From Geopsychrobacteraceae bacterium (GTDB lineage Bacteria > Desulfobacterota > Desulfuromonadia > Desulfuromonadales > Geopsychrobacteraceae), in the NCBI GenBank assembly GCA_963662315.1, contig OY759353.1:864001-928000 (forward strand): 64,000 nucleotides of DNA, written 5' to 3'. Shown in pieces: positions 26,901 through 37,145 of the stretch. Position numbers and translations under genes: made by a program. Every line of letters begins with the position of its first letter. Position 1 is the first letter of the stretch. The notes beneath the pieces are model-generated. The model ran no database searches. It saw nothing but the letters and a program-made list of their open reading frames with translations, and was not told the origin of the DNA.

Positions 26901-28686
26901 TATAAATGGGCTTACCGTCGATAGTCAAATCTGAATCGACTTCGTGAAGGATACAAAGATCCAGATTCTGCAGGAACGGCATTAAGGAGTTCAGGTAACT
27001 GCGCTGCAAGCTGTAGAATTGCAGACGGTAATAATTCTCCTGCTCATGAAATGGCCCCCACAGGTCAAAAAGATCTTCGCCTGTTGCCAGCAGTTTTTCA
27101 ATATTACGCACGTCACGTATGGCAAAGCGTGGATGAATCCTGTCCCGATAATCTTTGTGGAACGAACCGATATAGCGTTCCCACATCGCGAAAGCATCAG
27201 CCCCAAAACTCTTATCGAGAAGTTGCCTGAATTTAAGCTTCCACGGCATGGCGATGCGGGTTAAGCCCTGCTCCAGCTTAACCAGATCTACGACAACCTC
27301 TTTGGTGTGCAGTAACAAGTTCATATGCATGCTGAGATAGTCTGAAGCCAGATGAATCAGGCGCGATTCGACCCGCACGGCACTGAAAAAGCGCCGCACA
27401 TAACCTTCCATCCGTTCAATATGCTCCGGAAGGTAATATTCATTGGGCATGATCAACAACAAAGTCAGGCCATTTTCCGATGCACTGGGTGCAATAACCA
27501 CTTTGACTTCTGCCTGGCGATGCATCTGTGTAAAGGAGCGCAACATTCGCCGTAATTCATCACTGCCCATCAGGAACAACTCAATCTTCGGGAAACTGTT
27601 GATGATCTGAATCGTTTTGCGATAATTATGACTGTCATGGGGGATGTTCAGCTCCTGCAGAGCCGTTGTGATCCGTTTGCGCAGAGCCGGAACCGAAGAG
27701 CTGATTTCGTCGACACTTTTCTGCGTATAAAAACCAAAGAAGCAGTGTTCACGATAGCTGCCATCGCCTAAACGCTCACGGAAACCTAGATAGGTCAGGC
27801 GCTCAAAACGATGAAGAGGACAGTAGAGATCAGGCTTTTCAAGATCAACGTCTTTACTGTGGCCAAGCAGGGAAAAAACCTTATCAGACATCAGCTCCGA
27901 GGCCGCCGCTGAATGGTAAAATGGCTGCTCAAACACATGATCAAGCCCGAGGCGCCGGTCCTGCTCTTCCCTAAATTCAGCCGCTCCGCCACCAGCCGGA
28001 TACAGGTAACTGCGACTGATAACCGGAATAAAGTTATCATCCTGCAACCAGGCAAAGAGATCCTGATACTTTGCCAGTCCTTCTATGCGGCCAAGATCCT
28101 GAAAGCGCTGCCACATGGCGGCCCGGTCACGGTAAATGACAACCGCGGATGAAATAATTGTAAAGACCGCAGAGCGCAGATTGTCGATTAAATGATCAGG
28201 CAGACCCTCCAGTTGAATCCAGACAAATGATTCCCGGACCTGCGTGCTGGTTCCAGAATCGAGATCGACCAGCTTGCCAGCTTCGCGAGACGCAGCCAGC
28301 AACGGATGGCAAACAACCTGAAACGGAATGGAACGCCGATGCAGATATTCCTGCAGGGAAAAGAAAATATGATTGGCATCAGCAGAATTGGCGAACAAGT
28401 AATAGCGACCGTCTTGCCCTTGGGGAATGAGCTCGACACGAACATCATCCGACCGCTCCAGAAGAAAATCAGCCGCCAGGCAAAGATTATTGACAATTTC
28501 GGGCAATTCTAATTGAGCAAGGATATTGAGTGGAATTTCTTCGCGGAAGATTTCCGCAAGCTGTAATTTGATTTTGAGATGTTGTGATTGATTTTGTTTA
28601 TTTAACTCTGTTTCGATCTTCTCTGAACTGAATAGTTCATCCCGGTAACCTGACGTACGACCTCCACGGGCCACAGTCACTTCCAT
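23923..28686 (-). CDS. Large NAD-specific glutamate dehydrogenase (GdhB type)
   Basis: 1587 aa; RGGIRWSDR, KNAVIVPQGAKGG, VAADKGTA, GVGDMSGDVFGNG, DAIDNSGGVDSSDHEVN. Confidence 0.95.
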   Translation of the reverse strand: MEVTVARGGRTSGYRDELFSSEKIETELNKQNQSQHLKIKLQLAEIFREEIPLNILAQLELPEIVNNLCLAADFLLERSDDVRVELIPQGQDGRYYLFANSADANHIFFSLQEYLHRRSIPFQVVCHPLLAASREAGKLVDLDSGTSTQVRESFVWIQLEGLPDHLIDNLRSAVFTIISSAVVIYRDRAAMWQRFQDLGRIEGLAKYQDLFAWLQDDNFIPVISRSYLYPAGGGAAEFREEQDRRLGLDHVFEQPFYHSAAASELMSDKVFSLLGHSKDVDLEKPDLYCPLHRFERLTYLGFRERLGDGSYREHCFFGFYTQKSVDEISSSVPALRKRITTALQELNIPHDSHNYRKTIQIINSFPKIELFLMGSDELRRMLRSFTQMHRQAEVKVVIAPSASENGLTLLLIMPNEYYLPEHIERMEGYVRRFFSAVRVESRLIHLASDYLSMHMNLLLHTKEVVVDLVKLEQGLTRIAMPWKLKFRQLLDKSFGADAFAMWERYIGSFHKDYRDRIHPRFAIRDVRNIEKLLATGEDLFDLWGPFHEQENYYRLQFYSLQRSYLNSLMPFLQNLDLCILHEVDSDLTIDGKPIYIKSFGIRPNVTGVKSFKEIKHLMLDTLAAMRKGEVENDYLHQLQLLTGLSWREIDVFRCYRNYYFQLGSPFSKKRVADSLVNNYQVALLLYRYFEGRFKPSEEWNDPMVRELDVLSPIRMELATALEEVSDTNEDRILRTLFNLIDSTIRTNFFLRYQRDDYFISIKISSLGVIDMPSPRPLYEVYVHSATMEGIHMRGGKVSRGGIRWSDRPDDFRTEVLGLVKAQMAKNAVIVPQGAKGGFITKLTSPDREQMGKYVTAAYETLMRGLLDTADNREGNQIIRPEGVIAYDDLDPYLVVAADKGTAHLSDTANAVSNSYGFWLGDAFASGGSHGYDHKKLGITARGAWESVKRSFREMGHDIQSEPFTVVGVGDMSGDVFGNGMLLSRKIRLLAAFDHRHIFLDPNPDPEISFLERERLFNLPRSSWDDYNKDLISSGGGVYSRQLKEIPLSPQVAQMLGTRQSSIDVPGLIKLILTAEVDLLWNGGIGTYIKASTETNEDAGDRANDAVRIDALEIKAKVVGEGGNLGVTQLGRIEYALAGGHINTDAIDNSGGVDSSDHEVNLKILLRELRHEGKINNLEQGYALLEEIQETVCKDVLANNYTQTLALSLDEIRCRKDVDSYLDLIDRLGRAGLLDRRGEFLPSRKDVLSRSEARLVRPELSVLLAYSKMFLFSALNDTDLPNNPVVTGLLLDYFPQEVIDRYRDVLPKHPLAKEIMATMLTNRVIDQAGATFLLNTSRMIGCSQVDVALAYLVFDSLVGGAELRSAVYALDNKTDANKQYALLLKLEALIAGYTRYALGNGIKIPQSADELAFMKKQFNAYSDLIPSMLDDLETSKKAKVLEQFKGHGLQEDMASRFVLMNYLGDFISLFGMCNQACDNLEQLANIKAVVDHQLKLDDIFDLVGRVPVRDHWDRQARESLLGSLQAVHVRIIQHVAAEQAVQPDAYFAVRRQKMRVYDDLRQSLLSEKTSNFHPFTVLLRSLDGLLAV

Positions 28687-28724
28687 GATGATCTCCCTGA
28701 TCCTCTTTGATGAAAGTAAGAAAT

Positions 28725-28750
28725 TATTACGGACAGGATTGTCCGTAATA
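28725..28750. promoter_or_regulatory. Perfect 11-bp inverted repeat between rsmA and gdh (operator or weak terminator)
   Basis: TATTACGGACA-GGAT-TGTCCGTAATA. Confidence 0.45.
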
Positions 28751-28806
28751 AGAGAGAATCATAGACCAGTAAAAATGGCTAATCAAGCTATGTTGCTAAA
28801 TAAATA

Positions 28807-29598
28807 TCAGCTTTCAGTAAAAAAACCTTTTGTCAGAAGTGAAAAATCTTCAAGACTTAGAGCTTCCCCCCTGGTTTTAGGAGAAATTTGCGCAAAAGCC
28901 AATGCTTTATCGATCTCTTCAGCATGAAAAGAAGAGGCCAACAGACTATTGCGTAAGGTTTTGCGTCGTTGCGTAAAGGCGCCTTTAACGACCCGGCGAA
29001 ACAGATCCTCATCAATAGGATCGACTTTTGGAGTCGCCCGGCGTTTGAAGTGCAGTACAATGGAATCAACTTTAGGGGGAGGATTAAAGGCTCCAGGTTT
29101 AACTAACGTCACTAATTTAATATCAAACCACAACTGGGTCAGAACCGACAAAATGCCATAGTCCTTGCCGCCAGGAGCTGCGGCCAGACGTTCCCCCACT
29201 TCACGCTGAAACATCAGGACCAGATGGTCAAACAGGTGGCGTTGATCGATGATTTTAAACACGACCTGACTGGAGATGTTATAGGGCAGATTGGCAACCA
29301 TAATATATGGTGCGGCCGTGAACAACTCTTCCCAGTCAAGCTTAAGAACATCTCCACCGTGCACGGTTAATTTCGGATCTTCGCGCTGGTTGAGTCGTTC
29401 AATCAGATCACGATCAATTTCCATGACGTCAACATGAGCAGCGCGGGGCAACAGCTGGTCAGTCAGCACTCCAAGCCCTGGACCAATTTCGATGACCCGT
29501 TTAGTATTATCCAGCTGAGCTGCGCTGATGATTTTATCTATAACAGAATAATCATGCAGGAAATGCTGGCCGAAACGTTTTTTTGTGCGATACTCCAT
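28807..29598 (-). CDS. rsmA: 16S rRNA adenine dimethyltransferase
   Basis: KKRFGQHFL, EIGPGLG, ANLPYNI, PPPKVDS, QRRKTLRN. Confidence 0.97.
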   Translation of the reverse strand: MEYRTKKRFGQHFLHDYSVIDKIISAAQLDNTKRVIEIGPGLGVLTDQLLPRAAHVDVMEIDRDLIERLNQREDPKLTVHGGDVLKLDWEELFTAAPYIMVANLPYNISSQVVFKIIDQRHLFDHLVLMFQREVGERLAAAPGGKDYGILSVLTQLWFDIKLVTLVKPGAFNPPPKVDSIVLHFKRRATPKVDPIDEDLFRRVVKGAFTQRRKTLRNSLLASSFHAEEIDKALAFAQISPKTRGEALSLEDFSLLTKGFFTES

Positions 29599-29711
29599 GA
29601 AAATTATCCAAGACCTTATACAGAAAAATAACTCTTTAATTAGATATACAATGTTCTACGAAACCATAAAACCAAACAGTATAGTAGCGATGAACGCGTG
29701 TCGCGCAAGAC

Positions 29712-30185
29712 TCAGGAACGCCGCCGCGGCCAGCGTGGAATTTTCCACTGCCTTAAGCTGGGAACAAATCTGACGGTGAGCGTGTAACCGATGATAGAAC
29801 AGGGAATGCCGAGGACCAGGCTCCCAAGTAACAAGGGCGTTGCAAACTGCAGCCCCATAGTAAACAGTTTTTCATAATTGATGTGGTGATGAAAAATCGG
29901 CGGATAACCGAGTAACATGCGCCCAATTTCATATTCAAGACCGTAAATAACAGGAGCGGTAACAGGGTTGGTCACAAAAACACCGATAAAGGTCGCTATT
30001 TTGTTCTGGCGCAGTAAAAATGCAAAAACGATGGCGAGAATCATCTGAAATCCGAAGGTTGGCGTAAACCCGATAAAAAGACCAAGCGCCATCCCCCGGC
30101 CAATGGCATCCGGTTCAGACTGGATGCGGGCAAGCCGAATCAAGTTTAACTTGAACTGTCTGAAAAAACCCCAGCGTCGCCACAT
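29712..30185 (-). CDS. DUF2062 domain membrane protein
   Basis: GMALGLFIGFTPTFG, VTNPVTAPVIY; start placed at MWRRWG. Confidence 0.85.
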   Translation of the reverse strand: MWRRWGFFRQFKLNLIRLARIQSEPDAIGRGMALGLFIGFTPTFGFQMILAIVFAFLLRQNKIATFIGVFVTNPVTAPVIYGLEYEIGRMLLGYPPIFHHHINYEKLFTMGLQFATPLLLGSLVLGIPCSIIGYTLTVRFVPSLRQWKIPRWPRRRS

Positions 30186-30192
30186 AATGAAA

Positions 30193-31206
30193 TCAGCACC
30201 GTACCTGTTCAAGCGGCCAACTGGAAACCGCATTCAAGTCAAGAGCTGACTGCACTCCGGCTTTCAGATAATAATCCCCCGCCACAGCAAGCATGGCGGC
30301 GTTGTCCGCACACAACAATGGCCGGGGGAAAAAAACCTGTAACCCATGATTGTCGGCAACGTCATGCAAGGTTTTGCGCAAACCTGAATTACAGGCGACT
30401 CCACCAGCAACAACAATACGCTGTAAACCGTGATCTTGTGCTGCACGCATGATTTTTTTAACCAAAACATCAACAACGGCGGTCTGGAAAGCACAGGCAA
30501 TCTGAGCCGTTTGCTGGTCATCCGGAGGGCCATCGAGTTTATGCAGGTAATTCAGCACAGCGGTTTTCATGCCGGAAAAGCTGAAATCATAATTCGCTTT
30601 TTTAAGCAGCGGCCGTGGAAATACGACTCCTCCGTCATCCCCTTGAGCAGCAAGCTTGTCAATAATCGGACCTCCCGGATAGCCAAGGCCAAGCATCTTG
30701 GCAACCTTGTCAAACGCCTCACCGGCGGCATCATCGACTGTACGGCCAAGGAGCTGATACCGACCAATGCCATCAACACGGTACAGGTGCGTGTGCCCTC
30801 CAGACACAGCCGCCGCCAGAAACGGATAGTCCACGTGCTGTTCGAGTTGTACGGCAAGAATATGACCTTCAATATGATGGACTCCCAACATGGGAATATT
30901 CAGGGCATAAGCATAGGCTTTGGCAAACGAAAGACCAACGAGCAAAGCTCCTATCAATCCGGGCCCTCGGGTTGCGACAACGCCATCCAGGTCCTGCGCA
31001 GCAATTCCAGCATCGGCAAGAGCCTTATCAACCAATGGACCGATCACCTCAAGATGTCGACGCGAAGCCAATTCCGGCACAACACCGCCGTAGACGGCAT
31101 GCAAATCGACTTGCGAGGAAATCAGGTTGGACAAAATTTCATGTCCATCTCTAACCACCGCGGCCGATGTTTCATCACAAGAGCTTTCCAGAGCAAGTAA
31201 CAACAT
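30193..31206 (-). CDS. tsaD: tRNA threonylcarbamoyltransferase complex subunit TsaD
   Basis: ESSCDET, GGVVPELASR, HHIEGH, VSGGHT, DDAAGEAFDK, DNAAM. Confidence 0.97.
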   Translation of the reverse strand: MLLLALESSCDETSAAVVRDGHEILSNLISSQVDLHAVYGGVVPELASRRHLEVIGPLVDKALADAGIAAQDLDGVVATRGPGLIGALLVGLSFAKAYAYALNIPMLGVHHIEGHILAVQLEQHVDYPFLAAAVSGGHTHLYRVDGIGRYQLLGRTVDDAAGEAFDKVAKMLGLGYPGGPIIDKLAAQGDDGGVVFPRPLLKKANYDFSFSGMKTAVLNYLHKLDGPPDDQQTAQIACAFQTAVVDVLVKKIMRAAQDHGLQRIVVAGGVACNSGLRKTLHDVADNHGLQVFFPRPLLCADNAAMLAVAGDYYLKAGVQSALDLNAVSSWPLEQVRC

Positions 31207-31236
31207 GGTAATTGTTTATCCGTTTTTTAGTATGCT

Positions 31237-32556
31237 TCACAAAACATTGGCAGCAAGCTCTGCCAGTGCCGAACGTTCCCCTTTGCTCAGGGTCGTATGT
31301 CCAGCGATGTCATGTCCTTTAAGGCGTTCTACAGAGAATGTTAAACCGTTACTTGAAGAATCAACATACGGGTTATCTATCTGATAGGGGTCTCCGGTGA
31401 GGATGATTTTCGTCCCCTCGCCGGCCCGGGTTATGATGGTTTTAATTTCATGAGGCGTCAGATTTTGCGCTTCATCAACAATCATATACTGCTTAGGAAT
31501 TGACCGACCACGAATATAAGTCAGAGGTTCAATCTCCATCAGTCCAAGGTCAATCAATTCCCGATAGCCACGCTTGCGCTTTCCGACTTCATCATATGAT
31601 GACAGCAACAATTCGACATTATCAAAAATGGGCTGCATCCAAGGAGCCAGTTTCTCTTCAATATCGCCAGGCAGGAATCCAAGATCTTTTCCCATGGGGA
31701 AAACCGGGCGCGAAACAAGCAGACGATTATACGCACCTTCATCCGCTGTTTTCAATAGTCCAGCGGCAATTGCCAGTAAAGTTTTGCCGGTTCCGGCTTT
31801 ACCGACCAGAGAAACCAGCTGGATGTCGTCATTCAACAACAGATCAAAAGCGAATTGTTGTTCACGATTACGCGGATGAATTCCCCAGACCCCCTCTTTA
31901 GGTGGTCGAACTAAAGGCACAAGTTGCCCGGTAGCGGCATTAAACCGTGCCAATGCCGTGTGCGAAGAATTCGCTTCATCAATCAGCGTGACCCCCTGGT
32001 TGGCAAACAATTCTGCATCGGTTTCGAGAAACCCCTGATCATAGAAACGATCAACTGCGGCTCCATTGACAACCAGTTCAGTCGTACCGGTATAGAGTTC
32101 CTCCACCGGGATTTTATCGTTCTGGTAGTCTTCGGTCTTCAGGCCAATGGTATCAGCTTTAATGCGCAGATTAATGTCTTTGGTGACAAAAATGACGGGG
32201 CTGTCAGGAATATTATCATGCAGCTCTTTGGCAACAGCCAGAATCTTGTTATCCCCCCGGTCATCACGCAGTTCCGGTGGCAGTTTCATCATCAGTTCAT
32301 GCTTGTAGATATCAACCCTGATTATCCCGCCGTTCTCGAGAGGAACGCCTTCAACCAATTTCCCCTGAACTCGGAACTGATCCATCATCCGTGAAATCTG
32401 CCGCGCATTACGCCCGGTTTCGCTCTGATCCTTTTTAAAGCGATCAATCTCTTCAATAACGGTCAATGGAATAACAACAGTATTATCAGAAAACTTGAGA
32501 ATCGCCTGCGGGTCATGTAACAAGACATTCGTATCAAGAACGTAATTTTTTTTCAT
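31237..32556 (-). CDS. PIN-PhoH family protein
   Basis: N-terminal PIN (VLDTNVLLHD, TKDINLR) plus GKAGTGKT, RGRS, DEAQN. Confidence 0.93.
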   Translation of the reverse strand: MKKNYVLDTNVLLHDPQAILKFSDNTVVIPLTVIEEIDRFKKDQSETGRNARQISRMMDQFRVQGKLVEGVPLENGGIIRVDIYKHELMMKLPPELRDDRGDNKILAVAKELHDNIPDSPVIFVTKDINLRIKADTIGLKTEDYQNDKIPVEELYTGTTELVVNGAAVDRFYDQGFLETDAELFANQGVTLIDEANSSHTALARFNAATGQLVPLVRPPKEGVWGIHPRNREQQFAFDLLLNDDIQLVSLVGKAGTGKTLLAIAAGLLKTADEGAYNRLLVSRPVFPMGKDLGFLPGDIEEKLAPWMQPIFDNVELLLSSYDEVGKRKRGYRELIDLGLMEIEPLTYIRGRSIPKQYMIVDEAQNLTPHEIKTIITRAGEGTKIILTGDPYQIDNPYVDSSSNGLTFSVERLKGHDIAGHTTLSKGERSALAELAANVL

Positions 32557-32612
32557 AACAGATTCCCTCGGAAGAATGACGCATTAAACGATGTCAGAAA
32601 GCAATGGCAGTC

Positions 32613-33767
32613 TTAACTCTGACGAATCCTGGCAATCACCGCCAGGAAATGGCAGATATCCTGCGCACAAGTGAAAAAACCAGGACTGACACGAACTGTC
32701 CCGGCGGGATAGGTGCCCATACATCGATGAGCATCGGGCGCACAATGAAGACCAACGCGCACGGCGATATTTTCCTGTTGATCAAGGATAAATCCGATTT
32801 CAGAAGGATCCTTGTCGGCTATTGTAAAAGAAACGGCAGCCCCTCGGCAGTGAATGTCTCTGGGGCCATAGACCTCAACGCCGTCAATGGCACACAGACC
32901 GTTTACCAGCTGAGCCACAAGAGCCTGTTCTTTCGCACGAATAATACCAATACCGGTGTCGAGCACAAACTCCAGCCCAACCTTCAGTCCCGCCAAACCT
33001 GCAAGGTTATAGGTACCGCTTTCCAAGCGCTCGGGCAGTTCATCTGGCTGTTGATCTGAATGTGAATTGGCCCCGGTTCCGCCATATATCAAAGGAGTCA
33101 AGTCAACTCCATCAGCAACATACAGAATCCCGGTCCCCTGAGGGCCAAGCAGCCCTTTGTGCCCAGGCGCAGCGAGCAGATCAATCCCATCAGCCTCGAT
33201 ATCGACAGGCAGCAGACCGGCAGTCTGGGAAGCATCCAGCATAAACAAGATATCATGAGCATGGCACCAATGCCCCAGACCGCTAATATCCTGAACAGAG
33301 CCGAAAACATTAGAGCAGTGATTGACCACCAGCAATCGGGTTGAATGTTCCAGGCAGGCAGTCCTTAGGGCTTCCGGGTCGACCAGACCGGTAAACGGAT
33401 CCGCAGCGACTTTAACGACGCTAACACCACGATCGCCAAGAGCACGTAGTGGCCTGGCAACGGCATTGTGCTCCATCGAAGTGGTCACAACCCGGTCTCC
33501 AGGTTTCAAAAGCCCAAACAATGCCTGGTTTATTGCCATGGTAGCATTGGAGGTAAAGACAAAACGTGCAGAATCAGAAGCGTTAAACAAGCGCGTCAGC
33601 AATTCGCGTGTTTCAAAAATCAACTGATCTGCGGCAAGACTGGCCTGATGTGTGCCACGACTGACGCTTCCCGGTCGCCGCAGATAGGAATCCACGGCTG
33701 CATAAACAGCTTCGGGCTTGGGGTAACTGGTTGCGGCATTGTCAAGATAGAGCAAAATAACATCCAT
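32613..33767 (-). CDS. Cysteine desulfurase family (class V aminotransferase)
   Basis: YLDNAATS, DASQTAG, PGHKGLLGPQG, RVGLHCAP; start approximate. Confidence 0.9.
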   Translation of the reverse strand: MDVILLYLDNAATSYPKPEAVYAAVDSYLRRPGSVSRGTHQASLAADQLIFETRELLTRLFNASDSARFVFTSNATMAINQALFGLLKPGDRVVTTSMEHNAVARPLRALGDRGVSVVKVAADPFTGLVDPEALRTACLEHSTRLLVVNHCSNVFGSVQDISGLGHWCHAHDILFMLDASQTAGLLPVDIEADGIDLLAAPGHKGLLGPQGTGILYVADGVDLTPLIYGGTGANSHSDQQPDELPERLESGTYNLAGLAGLKVGLEFVLDTGIGIIRAKEQALVAQLVNGLCAIDGVEVYGPRDIHCRGAAVSFTIADKDPSEIGFILDQQENIAVRVGLHCAPDAHRCMGTYPAGTVRVSPGFFTCAQDICHFLAVIARIRQS

Positions 33768-34052
33768 AGAGCTGCAACAGAAAAGCCTCATCTCTCTGCA
33801 ACGCGGAGGCACTCTGTTTTTGGGAACGTCGCAGAACAATACTTAATATCATCATTAACAACAAGAGCTTAACAGAATAATAGTATTTTTTTGCTCCCTT
33901 TGTCACCTCCCTGATCCTGTTTATGAGCAACAATAACCATGATTTTTTCTGCTTCAGGGCAAATCATACTAACTACCTGATAACGGTAAGATTTCTATTA
34001 ATTATAGCGATAAACGGTCATAAATCCACCATGATCGCAATAACTTTAAAAC

Positions 34053-34108
34053 TTGACAGACACCATATGTAGTAGTCTATATTCCTCCAGCGCATCTATA
34101 TATAGTAT
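34053..34108 (+). promoter_or_regulatory. nrdJ promoter with tandem NrdR boxes
   Basis: TTGACA at 34053; ACACCATATGTAGTAG (34060-34075) and CATCTATATATAGTAT (34093-34108) fit the acaCwAtATaTwGtg consensus. Confidence 0.8.
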
Positions 34109-34171
34109 TAAACAGCTACTGTTTTAGTTATTTTTCAATGTGTTACATTCTACTGAGGAAAGGAACCGTCC

Positions 34172-36397
34172 ATGACTGATGTCAACACTGGAAACGGGTT
34201 ACAACTGTCACCCAATGCCATGACTGTTCTCAAAAAGCGTTATCTTAAACGCGATAACGAGGGGACTCCAACAGAAACGCCGGAAGATATGTTTCGCCGG
34301 GTTGCCAAGGCGATAAACGACGCTGAAATTGCCGTCGCTGGCAAAAAGCTGAACCTTGAACAGGAATACTACAAGATGATGACTGATCTTGATTTCCTGC
34401 CAAACTCTCCAACTCTGATGAATGCCGGTCGCGAATTAGGGCAATTATCGGCCTGTTTTGTATTGCCGGTTGGCGACTCCATGGAGAGCATTTTTGAAGC
34501 GATTAAAAATACCGCCCTCATCCATAAAAGTGGTGGCGGCACCGGATTTTCTTTTTCACGGGTACGTCCGGCCAATGACGAAGTTCAGTCGACCAGTGGT
34601 GTGTCTTCAGGCCCGATCTCCTTCATGCGCGTTTTCGATGTTGCCACTGAAACCATCAAACAGGGCGGCACCAGGCGTGGCGCCAATATGGGCATTCTAC
34701 GCATTGATCATCCTGATATCATGGATTTCATCATGGCCAAAAGGGATCAGACAATCCTGACCAACTTCAATATTTCGGTCGGCCTGACCGAAGCCTTTAT
34801 GGAAGCGGTCGAAAACGGTAAAGATTACGAAATCGTTAATCCGCGCACCGGCAAAGTCGTTAAAAAGCTCAATGCGGCAAAGGTTTTCAATCAGATTATC
34901 GACATGGCCTGGACCAATGGCGAGCCGGGTATTATTTTCCTCGATCGCCTGAACCGCGACAATCCGACCCCCCATGTCGGCGAAATAGAAAGCACCAATC
35001 CTTGTGGAGAACAACCCCTGCTCCCATATGAATCCTGCAATCTCGGTTCGATCAACCTGAACAAGATGGTTGATGGCGAAAATGTTAATTGGAATAAACT
35101 GGAAAAGACCGTACGTCTTTCCACCCGTTTCCTCGATAACGTTATTGAAGCGAACAAGTACCCGCTGCCGGAAATCGATGAGATGACCCGTTCCAACCGC
35201 AAAATCGGTTTGGGAGTCATGGGCTGGGCCGACATGTTGATTCGCCTCGGTGTACCTTACAACAGTTCCGCAGCCATTGAACTGGCCGAAAAAGTCATGA
35301 AGTTTATTAATGACATTTCTCACACAGAATCAGTTGCTCTAGCTACCGAACGGGGCGCATTCCCGAATTTCAAAGGGAGCATTTACGATAAAAAAGGTGC
35401 AGATAAGATTCGTAACGCGACCTGCACAACCATCGCTCCGACCGGTACGATCTCTATCATTGCCAACAGTTCCAGTGGGGTGGAGCCATTATTCGCGGTT
35501 TCCTATGTCCGTCAGGTCATGGACAACGACCGCCTGATCGAAGTCCATCCGTTATTCGAACAGATCGCCAAACAGCGTGGCTTCTACAGCAAAGAGCTGA
35601 TGCAGCGCATTGCAGAAAAAGGAACTGTCCAGGGGATCAGCGATATTCCTGAAGACGTCAGAAGAGTTTTTGTCACTTCCCATGACATTACCCCCGCTGA
35701 CCACGTGCGCATGCAGGCCGCTTTCCAGAAATACACGGACAATGCCGTATCCAAAACGGTCAACTTCTGTCATGACGCAACCCGTGAAGACGTTGCCACC
35801 GTTTATCGCCTGGCCTACCAGGAAGGGTGTAAAGGCGTCACTATTTATCGTGACGGGTCACGTGACATGCAGGTTCTTTCCGTCGCTAAACAAGACGAAG
35901 AGAAAAAGACTGAGGCCGTTATCCCGATGGAAAGTCGTAAAGCGTCCAAGAAACGTGAGCGCCCCCGTGCTCTGGCTGGCTCCACCTACCAAATGGAAAC
36001 TGGTTGTGGTCCCCTTTACATTACCATCAACCAGGATCAGAACGGTTTGTTCGAACTGTTTACCACCATGGGTAAGGCCGGTGGTTGTGCAGCGTCCCAA
36101 TGTGAAGCCATTGGCCGCCTGGTTTCCCTGGCCTGGCGTAGCGGTGTTCAGGCGCGTCAGGCCGTCAAACAATTGATCGGTATTACCTGTCATAAACCGG
36201 CAGGCTTCGGCAATAACCGCATTACCTCTTGTGCTGATGCTGTGGCCAAAGCGATTGAGCTGCACATGATGGACGAGGAAGAAACCCCAACCCGTTTTGT
36301 CAGTAGCGGTGGAGCCTGCCCCGAATGTGGTGGTCCCATTGAGCATGAAGGCGGCTGTTGCGTTTGTCATGCCTGCGGATATTCAGAGTGCGCATGA
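34172..36397 (+). CDS. nrdJ: Class II (B12-dependent) ribonucleotide reductase with TSCPD-type and Zn-ribbon C-terminus
   Basis: PNSPTLMNAG, LSACFV, TNPCGEQPL, TIAPTGTIS, C-terminal CPECG...CHACGYSEC. Confidence 0.95.
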   Translation: MTDVNTGNGLQLSPNAMTVLKKRYLKRDNEGTPTETPEDMFRRVAKAINDAEIAVAGKKLNLEQEYYKMMTDLDFLPNSPTLMNAGRELGQLSACFVLPVGDSMESIFEAIKNTALIHKSGGGTGFSFSRVRPANDEVQSTSGVSSGPISFMRVFDVATETIKQGGTRRGANMGILRIDHPDIMDFIMAKRDQTILTNFNISVGLTEAFMEAVENGKDYEIVNPRTGKVVKKLNAAKVFNQIIDMAWTNGEPGIIFLDRLNRDNPTPHVGEIESTNPCGEQPLLPYESCNLGSINLNKMVDGENVNWNKLEKTVRLSTRFLDNVIEANKYPLPEIDEMTRSNRKIGLGVMGWADMLIRLGVPYNSSAAIELAEKVMKFINDISHTESVALATERGAFPNFKGSIYDKKGADKIRNATCTTIAPTGTISIIANSSSGVEPLFAVSYVRQVMDNDRLIEVHPLFEQIAKQRGFYSKELMQRIAEKGTVQGISDIPEDVRRVFVTSHDITPADHVRMQAAFQKYTDNAVSKTVNFCHDATREDVATVYRLAYQEGCKGVTIYRDGSRDMQVLSVAKQDEEKKTEAVIPMESRKASKKRERPRALAGSTYQMETGCGPLYITINQDQNGLFELFTTMGKAGGCAASQCEAIGRLVSLAWRSGVQARQAVKQLIGITCHKPAGFGNNRITSCADAVAKAIELHMMDEEETPTRFVSSGGACPECGGPIEHEGGCCVCHACGYSECA

Positions 36398-36434
36398 CAA
36401 TTTTGCGCTTAGCGTACTCGTGAGATGATGATAT

Positions 36435-36469
36435 AAACAGAGGCAGGAAAAAATCCTGCCTCTGTTTTT
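36435..36469 (+). terminator. Intrinsic terminator after nrdJ
   Basis: AAACAGAGGCAGGA...TCCTGCCTCTGTTTTT. Confidence 0.85.
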
Positions 36470-36514
36470 CTTTTTTATAATTCATTCTTTTTATATATAA
36501 CGGAGAACTACGAT

Positions 36515-36862
36515 ATGACTGAAAGCGCCCTTCCACCCTGCCCTGAATGCAGCTCTACTTACGCCTACGAAGACCGCGGCCTGTTGGTTTGCCCTGAGTG
36601 CGCGCATGAGTGGGTCCCCGGCGATGGTTCGCCAAGCACCACGGATGAACCTTTTTACACGGACGCCTATGGAACACCGCTGGCTGATGGCGATACAGTG
36701 ACTATCATTAAAGACTTAAAAGTCAAAGGAGCTTCTAACCCGCTCAAAGTTGGAACCAAAGTCCGCAACATTCGCCTGGTTGGAGGAGACCACAATATTG
36801 ACTGTAAGATAGATGGCTTTGGGGCCATGAAGTTAAAATCGGAATTCGTCAAAAAAGCCTGA
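36515..36862 (+). CDS. PhnA/YjdM zinc-ribbon protein
   Basis: CPEC...[31 protein letters not shown]. Confidence 0.92.
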   Translation: MTESALPPCPECSSTYAYEDRGLLVCPECAHEWVPGDGSPSTTDEPFYTDAYGTPLADGDTVTIIKDLKVKGASNPLKVGTKVRNIRLVGGDHNIDCKIDGFGAMKLKSEFVKKA

Positions 36863-36863
36863 T

Positions 36864-37145
36864 ATGGAGACTGCCGCCTGGGAAGAGCTGTGTCATCAAT
36901 GCGGAGAGTGTTGCTTCGAAAAAAAGATCGACAAGCATGGCCGGATTATCACTACCCGCATTCCATGCCGTTTTCTTGATATTCACAGCCGTCGTTGCCG
37001 TATTTATCCGGACAGATTCCGTTACGAGGAGGACTGTCTGAAGTTGACAGCGGAAAATGTTCCCGGTTTTGACTGGTTGCCAGAAAATTGCGCCTATCGT
37101 CAGTTTGTAAAAACCAGAGATCAGAACAATGACCCAGAAGCATAA
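36864..37145 (+). CDS. YcgN/YkgJ-like cysteine-cluster protein
   Basis: WEELCHQCGECC...CRFLD...C..Y...C...WLPENCAY. Confidence 0.85.
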   Translation: METAAWEELCHQCGECCFEKKIDKHGRIITTRIPCRFLDIHSRRCRIYPDRFRYEEDCLKLTAENVPGFDWLPENCAYRQFVKTRDQNNDPEA

